From the NCBI GenBank assembly GCA_965235115.1, contig OZ249437.1, forward strand, positions 27,466,001 to 27,530,000: 64,000 bases of DNA, written 5' to 3'. Shown here piece by piece: positions 49,808-60,764 of the stretch; positions within the stretch are counted from its first letter, which is position 1, and each line of letters begins with the position of its first letter. Below the pieces are notes generated by a model. The model was not told where the DNA came from and ran no database searches. It saw only the letters and a list, made by a program, of their open reading frames with translations. Made by a program: the position numbers and the translations under genes. The DNA comes from Laetmonice hystrix. Taxonomy: Eukaryota.

Positions 49808-49942
49808 CTAAGTACAGAATGGACACAATTAGAAGTAATCGACCTGATCAACGACGGCTCTGGGCTTGGCTTTGGCATCATTGGTGGCAAGAGCACCGGT
49901 GTAGTCGTCAAGACCATCCTGCCGGGGGGTATCGCCGACCAC
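49808..49942 (+). CDS. MPDZ: MPDZ/Patj exon: N-terminal half of PDZ2, [45 protein letters not shown]
   Basis: Acceptor gtgttgcag at 49807 and donor CAC|gtaagt at 49943. Contains the GLGF loop. 135 nt, phase 0-0. Confidence 0.97.
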
Positions 49943-49980
49943 GTAAGTATTAGAGTACACGCTCCACATACCTGCCTCAC

Positions 49981-50741
49981 CGTTAACTGTGGGGCCTTCA
50001 CATCTAAACTCTACCCAGACCGTTGACCGGTGGCCTCATTGCTAACTGTGGGGCCTTCACAACTAAACTCTACCCAGACCGCTGACTGGGGGCCTCATCG
50101 TTAACTGTGGGGCCTTCACATCTAAACTCTACCCACACCACTGACTGGGGGCCTCATCGTTAACTGTGGGGCCTTCACATCTAAACTCTACCCACACCAC
50201 TGACTGGGGGCCTCATCGTTAACTGTGGGGCCTTCACATCTAAACTCTACCCAGACCGCTGACTGGGGGCCTCATCGTTAACTGTGGGGCCTTCACATCT
50301 AAACTCTACCCACACCGCTGACTGGGGGCCTCATCGTTAACTGTGGGCCTTCACATCTAAACTCTACCCACACCGCTGACTGGGGGCCTCATCGTTAACT
50401 GTGGGGCCTTCACATCTAAACTCTACCCAGACCGTTGACCGGGGGCCTCATTGCTAACTGTGGGGCCTTCACATCTAAACTCTACCCACACCGCTGACTG
50501 GGGGCCTCATCGTTAACTGGCCTTCACATCTAAACTCTAGCCACGCCGCTGACTGGGGGCCTCACCGCTAACTGTGGGGCCTTCACATCTAAACTCTAGC
50601 CTCACCGCTGACTGGGGCCTCATCGTTAACTGTAAGGGCTTCACATCTAAACTCTAGTCAGACCGCTGACTGGGGGCCTCATCGTTAACTGTGGAGCCTT
50701 CACATCTAAACTCTACCCACACCGCTGACTGGGGGCCTCAT
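49981..50741. repeat. 59-bp minisatellite, about 13 copies, starting 38 nt after the exon 49808-49942 donor
   Basis: Unit cgttaactgtggggccttcacatctaaactctacccacaccgctgactgggggcctcat. Confidence 0.96.
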
Positions 50742-52056
50742 CCAAATTCACGACGCCGTACTGCTGAGTGCATGGGCCTTCAAATCCAAACTCCCATAGC
50801 CGCACCGTGAACCTTGTCAGTATAGGCACTTGTACCAATTGCTGGATATAATCAGATTACGTGAATATAAAGGGCCACCCAGGCTTGCTTCTTTCCGTGA
50901 ATGCTTTCCCCCACAAATGATTATGTCAGTATGTATATATTAGGGTCGTCCCAGGAGATGTGACCGTCGGGATATGGAGAAGGTTCAGGGACCACGATAT
51001 TGATCCTAGGTACAGGGGGAGCAGATATGGTTTATACATGAGAGGTTTATAATGTAAGCCTGCAGTACGCATCTCATCAATCTGTCCTCCTGTCAGTACC
51101 TAAACTGTGTACCATTTGATTCAGGGGGGAAGCTTACGCCTGGGGCCACATATACAATGAATGTAAAGTGTTTACAAACCACCTCTGAGATCCCGACGGT
51201 GCCATCAGTGTGCCATGTTAATGTTGACCCGGGAGGGAGTAGATCTATAGGTGTCAGCTTTGTTCAGTATGGAGACATGGGGAAGGTATCGTGTGGGAGG
51301 AGATGGTTGACAGCGAATGGTGAGGGAATCGGTTTGTATGACATGGTACGGTACGTAAGGTACGACATGTCTAGGAGAGTCTGTGAGAAAACGGCATGGT
51401 CTGAAAACAGTATGGTCTGAAAACAGTATGGTCTGAAAACAGTATGGTCTGAAACACGTTAGACAGTACAGAGGTAAACCCCAGACACCCCAGAATATGC
51501 TGAACTCCTGTATGTTCTCAAGTTGAAGATGACCAGGCGTAGCATCACCCATCACCCACTTACAAGGGATCTCTCCCCAGTGTGCACCATGGTGCCTGTG
51601 GAGAAATGCGCAGTAGAGAATTGAGTTATGTTGTTTGCTCCGTTATATTACTGTTTGGCGGTGTGTGAAATGGTTCAGCGTCCCTATTCTTCAGCAAAGT
51701 GCTCGGAGCAGGCGAGATGGGGCCATGTCAACGTAATGCCCCAGGGGTTGGGTTTGGGAAAGATTGGGGATTACAATAAGATAGGCAATTCATTTAATGG
51801 TATGTGTTTTGCCGACATAACAAAAGCAGTGCAATTTCTGTGGGCCCCTTGGGTCAGCTTAACCGCTGGTCTCTGGGCAGGGTCTTTGGTGTCTGTCGGG
51901 CATGCTGGGAGGCCCGGGACGTAAAACAAGGTCAAGGTACTGTACGTCAAGGGCACACGTCAAGGTTAAATTAAAGGTGTGGCCCTCCGTAAGGAAAGGG
52001 CTATTGGACGCGGGTGAACTGGGGTCCATTCGTTGGAAGTCGGAACTTGGCCTATG

Positions 52057-52269
52057 AAGTGCTGAACCCACCAAGGCGATTCCCCTTGAGACGCCCATGC
52101 GATTTTGACACCACCCTTTTATTTTACTGTAATTTTGTAATTAAAGGATGGAACCCATTTCCTGAAACGAAGAAGGCCAGCCAGGAAAAATTTCAGAGTG
52201 AAATTCCACCATTAAATCAAAAACCGTATGGCCGTCGCAAGGGGAATCGCCTTGGTGGGTTCAGCACTT
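52057..52269. mobile_element. 213-bp MITE with 37-bp TIRs, probably TA-targeting
   Basis: Left aagtgctgaacccaccaaggcgattccccttgagacg and right cgtcgcaaggggaatcgccttggtgggttcagcactt match at 36/37 as inverted repeats. TA follows the right end; the left flank reads TG. Confidence 0.85.
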
Positions 52270-52382
52270 TAGTGACAACACCTGACATAGGGTTCTAAAC
52301 GTTTGCCATCACACAATACATGCCAATGTAAAACGTGAACTTTTCATAAGTTACGATATATATTACAATTGATTATTTTCAG

Positions 52383-52763
52383 GACGGTCGACTTCGGAGT
52401 GGGGACCACATATTTCAGATAGGTGACGTTAACGTGCGGGGCATGGGGTCGGAAATGGTGGCCTCAGTGTTACGGCAGTCGGGCAGCCACGTTCGCCTGA
52501 TCGTCGCTAGGGGCGTGCAGGAGCCGTTCCCGACAGCCCTGCCACACGCTCCTATCGTACCAACTCACGCACTCGACGAGAACCTACGTCACCTGTATGC
52601 AGCCCTGCTGGCGGCCGACAACCAGGCAGCCGAGAACTACGACTTGATGGCGGCGTCGGCAGCAGGTGGCGGGGGAGGTCATCTAGACGGCATCGAGGTC
52701 ATGGACATCCACGACATCAACTCCCGAGAATACGACCCCTACTATAACGCACAGATTCATAAG
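52383..52763 (+). CDS. MPDZ: MPDZ/Patj exon: C-terminal half of PDZ2 plus linker, DGRLRSGDHIFQIGDVNVRGMGSEMVASVLRQSGSHVRLIVARG...YNAQIHK
   Basis: Acceptor ttattttcag at 52382. The PDZ2 motifs are clear. The 3' end is less certain: weak donor AAG|gtgtcc at 52764, with an alternative phase-0 GAG|gtcatg at 52698. An in-frame stop at 52773 requires a donor before it. Confidence 0.9.
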
Positions 52764-53070
52764 GTGTCCATCTAAGTCGATCTCTTCTGTGTTTGCTTAA
52801 GAGTTAATTGAATGCATTGTTTTTGATCTAAGAACTTCGAGATCGTTCAGTTGTCAAAAGAGAAACGTGCCTTTTGATCTTTTTTAACGGTACTAAATTA
52901 GGTCGTTATGACCATATTACGGTGTTTATGTACACCAAGCACCGTCCTTTTGAAGATCAAATGAAACAAAAGTTTCGTTAGAATATACATTCACTCATGT
53001 GATGATTCACCCGAAGCTGGTCTAGGTGCCTCATGAAGTCATGTTACATGTTGAACCGTTTACCCTGCAG

Positions 53071-53194
53071 CCTCCGATGGATAGCGACATGAGGCCAGAC
53101 TCTCCTGACGTCGATTTCTTTGAAGCAGAGCTCGTGAAGGGCACACAAGGACTTGGTATAACAATAGCGGGATACGTCGGCGAGAAGAACTCAG
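53071..53194 (+). CDS. MPDZ: MPDZ/Patj exon: start of PDZ3, PPMDSDMRPDSPDVDFFEAELVKGTQGLGITIAGYVGEKNS(G)
   Basis: Acceptor tttaccctgcag at 53070 and donor G|gtaaaa at 53195. GLGITIAGY is the PDZ3 signature. Phase 0-1. Confidence 0.94.
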
Positions 53195-53612
53195 GTAAAA
53201 CTGGTTCTCACAGATCTCGGACAGCTCAACTTCTCTGTCAATCTGTTACCTGATCGTAGAATTTGAAAATCTATCGTTTACAACCTGGCCTCAGGAAATT
53301 AGGTCATGTGATGCGATGGTAATGTCTCTGTTAGATCTGTCCCCATACTCCTGTAGATTGTCTCCCCATATTTTATCATCCCAGGTAATCGGGGGGGGGG
53401 GGGGGGGCATCATTTCATTACTCTCGTTGAATATTCAATTAGATCAATTTATCAAGCACATCAGCTTTAAGTGGTATTTTATATGTATCACGTCATTAAT
53501 TTTAATTTGATACTTCCAAGTATATTAAGCTCACATAGATATCAGCAAGGGACGTTTCTGTCGTCTGATGTATTAGTGTATGATCAGTGGGATGGTATTG
53601 GGCATGGCGTGC

Positions 53613-53671
53613 TGACGTGACGTAGTTACGTGACGTAGTGACGTGACGTAGTGACGTGACGTAGTTACGTT
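53613..53671. repeat. 13-bp tandem repeat of ACGT cores (gtgacgtgacgta)
   Basis: Seven TGACGT and two TTACGT in about 60 bp. Confidence 0.85.
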
Positions 53672-54449
53672 ACATACAAGTGTGTTGTCAGGACTCGAGG
53701 AGAAACGGTCAGGTGTGCCAGCCAGGCGACCACACTATGATATAAGATCATTAGTCAGGGGGAACTTGGCCAGGACTGGGAGATTACTTGGGACCATCTA
53801 TTACAGGTGGTGGTGACAGGTAGTATGAGGACGGTCTCATATTATCGGAGCTCGCTAGAGGGAGCCACTGCCTAACGACTGCCCCCCAAGCCGCCGAAGC
53901 AGGCACTGAAGCCTGTGCATGTATTATTCAGACTTCGGTACTTGGACCAATCAGTCTACCGCCGGTCGATATTAATTATGTAATAGTTTATGAACGACTG
54001 AGATCGTGATGTCCAGTATTTATACCAACTGGAAGTGACTTCCAGCCTGTGTTGAGGTTTTTGTCATGCTGTTGTTGACTGATGACCGTAATTAATTCTC
54101 AGGAAATACCACTCAGGCTACGATTCTCTTCACTGTCTTTCATGGAATCATTTAATCAAAACCGAGGTCTTAATGTTAAATAAAGGGCATATTAGAAATA
54201 AGATTGTTTTCCGAGAAAACTCCAAAGAAGGATAGTGTATTTAGTATTCTATTAATCTTTTCTCTGTTTTTATCGATTTGTTTTCGTTTTTCCCGACTTT
54301 AGCCATTTCTCCAGACTCCTCATTAATTTGGAGAGATCACATCCGAGCATGAAGTCTTTTGCTGATTGAAATACGTTCATAAACATTGAGTGGGAATTAT
54401 TGCCCATTAATGTCTGCCTTGGATCTGACGTCCAAACGTTGTGTTGCAG

Positions 54450-54541
54450 GCGAGTTGTCGGGTATCTTTGTGAAGAGTATAGCTGAAGGCAGTGCCGCCG
54501 CTCTCGACGGCCGAATTCAAGTCAGCGACCAAATCATTGAG
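54450..54541 (+). CDS. MPDZ: MPDZ/Patj exon: middle of PDZ3, (G)ELSGIFVKSIAEGSAAALDGRIQVSDQIIE
   Basis: Acceptor gtgttgcag at 54449 and donor GAG|gtgaga at 54542. Phase 1-0. Confidence 0.96.
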
Positions 54542-54826
54542 GTGAGAGAATTTGATTGTTCACCTCCTGATTACTCCTGCTAGAAACTATACTTGATGGT
54601 GAATGTCTGGTGGGAAATCGATACATTTTAACATGGGTCTGGGGTTAAAATAACTACAAGGATTTCAATTTTATTTGTTAGAAATATAACTTGTAAGAAA
54701 AGTGCGGTCATTGTTTAATGTAAAAGTAAAACACGTAGAATGTTCAGACAAAACTTGCAGAATTGTGCATGTTTTATCATGAAGACATTGAAGTGTAGAG
54801 TTTATGAGAGTTGGTAAATTTTGTAG

Positions 54827-54962
54827 GTGGACAACCAACCTTTGGAAGGCTTCAACAATCACCAGGCTGTCGAGGTACTCCGGAATACGGGCCAGGTAGT
54901 CCGACTGAAACTGGCGCGCTACAAACATGGCCCCAAGTACGAGCAACTCCTGTCCTATGCAA
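54827..54962 (+). CDS. MPDZ: MPDZ/Patj exon: end of PDZ3, VDNQPLEGFNNHQAVEVLRNTGQVVRLKLARYKHGPKYEQLLSYA; absent from the ORF track
   Basis: Manual translation. Acceptor ttttgtag at 54826 and donor A|gtgagt at 54963. GF.N.QAVEVLR.TGQ.V.L matches MPDZ PDZ3. Phase 0-1. Confidence 0.95.
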
Positions 54963-55272
54963 GTGAGTATCTAATGAGTGAGTACAAACCTTTCTACTCA
55001 GAATAATTACCAAATACATACTACAACTGTAAGTAATAAGACAAGCTGCTGATGTTATCATGTAAGATGATGTCTGCGTTTATAAGATTTGTATCTGAAG
55101 CTTCCGATAACGACCATATTCATGTTATCTACGACCATATTCATGTTATCTTCTACGCAGGAAAGAATAAGCAGGAAAAGAGTACTTGAAGTACATGAAA
55201 ATAAATGAAGTGCATTATGCACTGAACTGCGGGTTTGTGTTGGAGATGACAAAAGGGGTTTTCTGTTTTCAG

Positions 55273-55386
55273 TACAAGCTATTCAACCGACACAAGGAAT
55301 GCAGTACAACTTGGACCATGATGCAATAGCAGGGGCGTCTCACCTCAGTCTTGATGACATTCGGTTACTCGCCACAGAGGATTTCA
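55273..55386 (+). CDS. MPDZ: Probable MPDZ/Patj PDZ3-PDZ4 linker exon, (I)QAIQPTQGMQYNLDHDAIAGASHLSLDDIRLLATEDF(S)
   Basis: Strong acceptor ttttctgttttcag at 55272 and donor A|gtacgt at 55387. 114 nt, open frame, phase 1-1, fitting both neighbours. No domain homology to confirm it. Confidence 0.75.
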
Positions 55387-57095
55387 GTACGTATCTCAAT
55401 CTCACATCTGTCTAAACCGAAACGTAAACTCCTTTCGTACGATTTGGTTAAATGTAAACTGAATATATCAAGTGACTTAAATAAGGTGCCAACCAGGGCC
55501 CTGCTGTCACGAAAACAACACGAGTTGTGGAGACAGGCGGTCGTGGCTCGGATTTAGCAGGGTGTGAAATGACTGCGGGTAGGAGAGGGAGGGTGATACA
55601 TCAGTCAAAGTGACACTCTAGGGTGGGTGATTCAGCTGGGGAGGGTGTGGGTGTGTTGGGGGTGTCTTCATCAGTGATGCTGTCAGTGTCTGCACCTGGC
55701 CTTGGCATACCCATCAGAGTCGGATAGACAAATGATGGCTAAAATTAGCCTGGGGTATTTATTGTAAATGAGAGAAAAAATGTCCGTTTTATAAATCAAC
55801 TTTAAAATATTATTACTACATAAAAGTCACTGAGTGAGGAGTACTGTTCGCCCGGTACCATGTGGAGTTGAGAACCTGGTCGGACGGACCTCCCTCGGGA
55901 GGCTGGGAAATATTTCCAAGCGGAACTCTAACCTAGAGGCGAGGTGGTCGAGGGAGATGGGGCTGGTACTAGTTTACAGACAGGTAAGTTGTTAGGACGG
56001 ACTGAGTGAGACCAGACGTGTCAGACTGCAGGCCGGGTTATCCTGATACTGGTCACTTGATGCAGACACACCTGTGTTGGTTGGAGAGGGAGTTGTGGCT
56101 GACACTCTCCAGAATGGGGAGGGGGGCAGGTGTTGGTGTCTGAGCACAGCCCTAGGAGGTGCTGGACCCCCCCCCCCCCCCGGCAGACTGTAGCGGCAGG
56201 GCTGAGTTACACTACATTATACATCAGGAGAACTGATACCAACATACAAGGCCACAGACTTGTTTCCAACTCATCTCTTCTCCCCCGGTTGATTACGAGA
56301 CGTGTTAGACATCATCCTCACCTGAATGAGGTTGACACAGCTGACGTTGACACAGATGACATTGACACGTCAGTGGGAGTGGCCTGTCTCCAGCCACCTG
56401 ATTCCCTCCTTAGTATGTGCAGTGTAAGCATGAGATCGTTGTATCCTCGTGTTGGCAGCCGGCGTCAGTCGTACCTGTGTGGTAGAGGAGAAAGCACGGA
56501 GTATTACAGAGAGATACACACGGCCCGTTTTCACTGTTCTCAGTGTACCCATTTCAGGATTACTGAGTAAATATGGCGAGCCGGTGGGCCATCGCTGGAC
56601 ATTTCTCCGTTTATTAAGATTTGCGCAGATTTGGCAGCCTGCAAGCTTTGTATTCAGGACTTTAATCTGAAATAGACAAACTGAGAAAAGTACCGTAAAC
56701 CTCCCGCACAGAGACGTAGGTGCTGATTCTGTCTTACTCCCAGGAACAGTGTCTTCCCAGAAACTCCAAACACCGTAGTCCGACATTCCGGACTCCTGAC
56801 TTCATTTAACATTTGGATGACACAAACAGTTGTTTCCTTAGACCGTCTGGGTCCGAGTAAATGATTCTGAGTGACTGGGGAGACAGGACCCACATCTTTC
56901 CATCTTCTCCTCCTCCTCCTCCTCTAGCGAGGGAACTGGGAACGATGGAAGCCAGCGGGCAGATTACAGGTAGGATCAGGCAAACAAAACCTTCGGAAAC
57001 ATTGGTTGCTCAAAGTTTGAGTTATACCAAAGAGGAAAAAACGCGGTTATTTTACCACTACCAGTAAAATTGTAACATGTAAATATTTAACATGA

Positions 57096-57179
57096 CACTT
57101 TGGGGAATCTCCTCAACACTTTGGGCAATCTCCTCAACACTTTGGGCAATCTCCTCAACACTTTGGGCAATCTCCTCAA
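57096..57179. repeat. 21-bp tandem repeat, 4 copies
   Basis: Unit cactttgggcaatctcctcaa. Confidence 0.92.
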
Positions 57180-58089
57180 ACATAAGGTACTGATATTCAG
57201 TGTTAGTGTGCGGAGACCCAATAATGAGCGTACTCAGTAGTGCTGCGCTTAGAACTTATGTTTTGTCACAAGGCCTTTGTAAAAATTGAAATGTAAATAA
57301 GGGACTAATCTTTGCATCCTGCTGAGATGTCAGGAACACTCATTTGATTGCCGTGCCAGGGAGATTGGAAAGACATTTATGTTATATATGGCTTCCCACG
57401 AGAACTATCTAGAATGTTCTTATTTGGTAGATAAAGCAAACTTAGGGCCCGTTATGCTTGAATATGCTCGGTTGGAAATTGAATTAACTTCAAGATAATT
57501 GTTCTTAATTAAACTTCTTATCTGAAGCGGATCTAAGTGGTTGGGAATCTGTAGCACGGCTGGCCAAGGTATATAATATATTTATACAATTAATGTTGGC
57601 GTGAAAGGGGCTGGGGTATGGGGAAAAACTCACTTTGGGGTCAGTTTATTACTTATTGACACCACCAATAAATGTAAAAACGAGGGGAAGCAGCAGTTAT
57701 TTGATGGAATGACCTAGATCTGAGTTGCCTTCCACTGAATGACCATTGATACCTCACAGAAGGACCTATCAGCCTGTCAGTGTGGTTTTCATAGCCAATT
57801 TGTCCTTGTGGGTGTGCACAATGAGAGCCTAAATCAATGATTGTCTGTAGTCCGTGTCAAGGCCAGTTGGGGAGCACGCCTCCTGTGTTAGCAGGCCGAG
57901 AAGGCAGTCTCATGTTGCCGGTTAAATCGGATTCCCTTGGTACTGGAGGCATTAGATTGAACTGTTTCCGGTCGAGGAGACTGCCGACAAGTCCGTATTG
58001 ATCACATCAGTCTGACCCTCTGGTCGTCAAAATGAAGTTAGGTGAGGTCCTAAGCGTGAAAGGTCAGAGGTCAGCTCTGCCTCCTGTGT

Positions 58090-58240
58090 TGGGTGTAGAA
58101 CCAGAGGACGCCATAGAGTGGATTTAATACCCAGTATTCTGATTGGTTGCGAGTTGTTGTGTCTTGGGTGCAGAACCAGAGGACGCCATAGAGTGGATTT
58201 AATACCCAGCATTCTGATTGGTTGCGAGTTGGTGTGTCCT
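58090..58240. repeat. 75-bp tandem duplication, 2 copies
   Basis: tgggtg(t/c)agaaccagaggacgccatagagtggatttaatacccag(t/c)attctgattggttgcgagtt occurs twice. Confidence 0.9.
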
Positions 58241-58254
58241 ATCGGCTGTTTATT

Positions 58255-58596
58255 ACAGCCTTACTGAGAATCGTGACTGTAGGCATGGCCCGGAACCCTG
58301 GACCGAGTAATGACGGTTGGTAAGATCGAGTTAAAGATCTAGTCTCATGTCGGTATCAGGATCCTACCACAGCCTTGCTGAGAATCGTGACCATGGGCAT
58401 GGCCCGGAACCCTGGACCGAGTAATGACGGTTGGTAAGATCGAGTTAAAGATCCAGTCTCATGTCGGTATCAGGATCCTACCACAGCCTTGCTGGGAATC
58501 GTGACTATAGGCATGGCCCGGAACCCTGGACCGAGTAATGATGGTTGGTAAGATCGAGTTAAAGATCCAGTCTCATGTCGGTATCAGGATCCTACT
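58255..58596. repeat. 114-bp tandem triplication
   Basis: Unit starts at 58255, 58369 and 58483 (acagcctt...caggatcctac). Confidence 0.95.
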
Positions 58597-58690
58597 AGCT
58601 CAGGGAGAGACTGGGAACTCCCCGGCAACAGCTTCAGGAAATCCTGGGCCTGTGTGACAGCAATCCAAGTCCCCCTGAAATGCAGTCCGA

Positions 58691-58859
58691 CGGACCTGCA
58701 TTCCTAGGACTTGGTGATCTTGATTTATTGAAATATTTCTTACATTCCCTACACCTAATCCTAACCTTAACCTTAATCCATATGTATTTTGTTAATTATA
58801 TTGTCTTATACCACGAAGTTGATGAACTAGGACCTGTATAACCAAGGAATCCAGGTCCG
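58691..58859. mobile_element. ~170-bp non-autonomous element with inverted ends and a cctaatcctaaccttaacc tract (Helentron/HINE-like or MITE)
   Basis: cggacctgcattcct and aggaatccaggtccg match at 14/15 as inverted repeats. The family assignment is inferred. Confidence 0.6.
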
Positions 58860-59438
58860 GCTGACCTCCATTCCGGCAGACTTGCATTCTGTTCACGCCT
58901 GCCTCGCGTGGCTGTAATTTAGCGGCCCCAGCGACTGCATACTACCTTATAAGTCAACATCATTGCAATCAGACGCTGAGGATATGTCAGACAGTTACCA
59001 TGGGTACACATTTATTGTCAAGAATGGAAAATACCACAAGAATGTTGTAGCAAATGCCAGACTAATTTGAACGATTATAACAGACGTTGCTAATACCTGA
59101 AACCTCAAGTAGAAAGCAGATATCTGTAAGGGAATCCTGTAATGCTGATACAGCAACAGTTGCCGTCAATAATCCGGTCCGACAGGAAAGTCCCATCTCT
59201 CAGCCCAAATGACGATATTTTCCTTCATTTTTTTTTATTCAAATTTACCAAACATGTAAGAGACGTCAAGACATGCACGTTTATCAAATGCTTGCTGTTC
59301 GTTTATTTCCTCAAATCTTTCTGTTTTCATACCGACAGCAGGCAGATGAAGTTTCACCTAATGTCATGTTTTGTTATTTTGTTGTCCTTCACCAAGTTGT
59401 GGTCTCATGTTTTTTTTTATTTGGTTTCCCCCCACCAG

Positions 59439-59692
59439 GTACTGAACTGCAGCCTGAGGTGGAGTCAGCCCTTAAAGCAAAGTGGCAGCCAATCGTCGGT
59501 CAGGACTTCCAGGTTGTGGTGGCCCAGCTGTCCAAGTTCCGGGAGGGAGGTGGGCTGGGTATCAGTCTCGAGGGTACGGTAGACGTGGAGAACGGGGAGG
59601 AGGTGAGACCACATCACTACATCCGCTCCGTGCTCAGTGCTGGACCCGTCGGCAGGAATGGTAACCTTCAAAGTGGAGACGAACTGCTGGAG
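59439..59692 (+). CDS. MPDZ: MPDZ/Patj exon: N-terminal part of PDZ4, TELQPEVESALKAKWQPIVGQDFQVVVAQLSKFREGGGLGISLEGTVDVENGEEVRPHHYIRSVLSAGPVGRNGNLQSGDELLE
   Basis: Acceptor tttccccccaccag at 59438 and donor GAG|gtgagt at 59693. PDZ4 signatures GLGISLE, HHYIRSVL and SGDELLE. Phase 1-0. Confidence 0.97.
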
Positions 59693-60122
59693 GTGAGTTT
59701 TCATCATCTTGGATTTCTTTGAAATATTTATCATTTCTGCTCTTGGAACGAATGAAGCTGAAAGTAATAAAATGGCGGCATTGTGTAAAACATGCTATTA
59801 CCCACATTAAATGATCAGTTCGGCGGTTGTCATGGCAGCACCCAGAATGTCAGTATAAAATCTAGTCCAATATCAGTCGACTGTCGGGCCCAGACTAATC
59901 ATACTGCCAGCTACTGCCCTCAACTCCTGGCATAGCGGAATATGTCATGTTGACAGGCTATATGGAGGTCATAAAACGAAGGCCCTAACGTTGACATTGA
60001 GGTGGTTGCACGGTCATGACAAAGTTCGTTTCGGCAACAGTAGTATATTGGAGAAACTAGACACCAGTTGTCAAGTTGTTAGTATTCTATTGGAATTACT
60101 AGGTACTAGTTGTTAAATAATT

Positions 60123-60764
60123 GTAATGAATTTGAGTTACTAGGCCCCAGTTTTCCAGGTATCGGTAATAAATTGGAGTTACTGAGCCCCAGTTTGCCAG
60201 GTACCGGAAGTGAATTGGAGTTAGTAAGCACAGGTTTTCCAGGTACCGGTAGTGAATTGGAGTTACTAAGTCCCAGTTTTCCAGGTAACGGTAATGAATT
60301 GGAGTTAGTAAGCACAGGTTTTCCAGGTACCGGTAGTGAATTGGAGTTACTAAGTCCCAGTTTGCCAGGTACTGGTAGTGAATTGGAGTTAGTAAGCACA
60401 GGTTTTCCAGGTACCGGTAGTGAATTGGAGTTACTAAGTCCCAGTTTTCCAGGTAACGGTAATGAATTGGAGTTACTAAGCCCCAGTTTTCCAGGTACCG
60501 GTAATGAACTGGAGTTACTAAGTCCCAGTTTTCCAGGTACCGGTAATGAATTGGAGTTACTAAGCCGCAGTTTTCCAGGTACCGGTAATGAATTGGAGTT
60601 ACTAAGCCCCAGTTTTCCAGGTACCGGTAATGAATTGGAGTTACTAAGCCCCAGTTTTCCAGGTACCGGTAATGAACTGAAGTTACTATGTCCCAGTTTT
60701 CCAGGTACCGGTAATGAATTGGAGTTACTAAGCCCCAGTTTTCCAGGTACCGGTAATGAACTGG
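60123..60764. repeat. 42-bp minisatellite, about 15 copies
   Basis: Unit ccagttttccaggtaccggtaatgaattggagttactaagcc. Source of the 235-aa and 237-aa ORFs. Confidence 0.96.
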
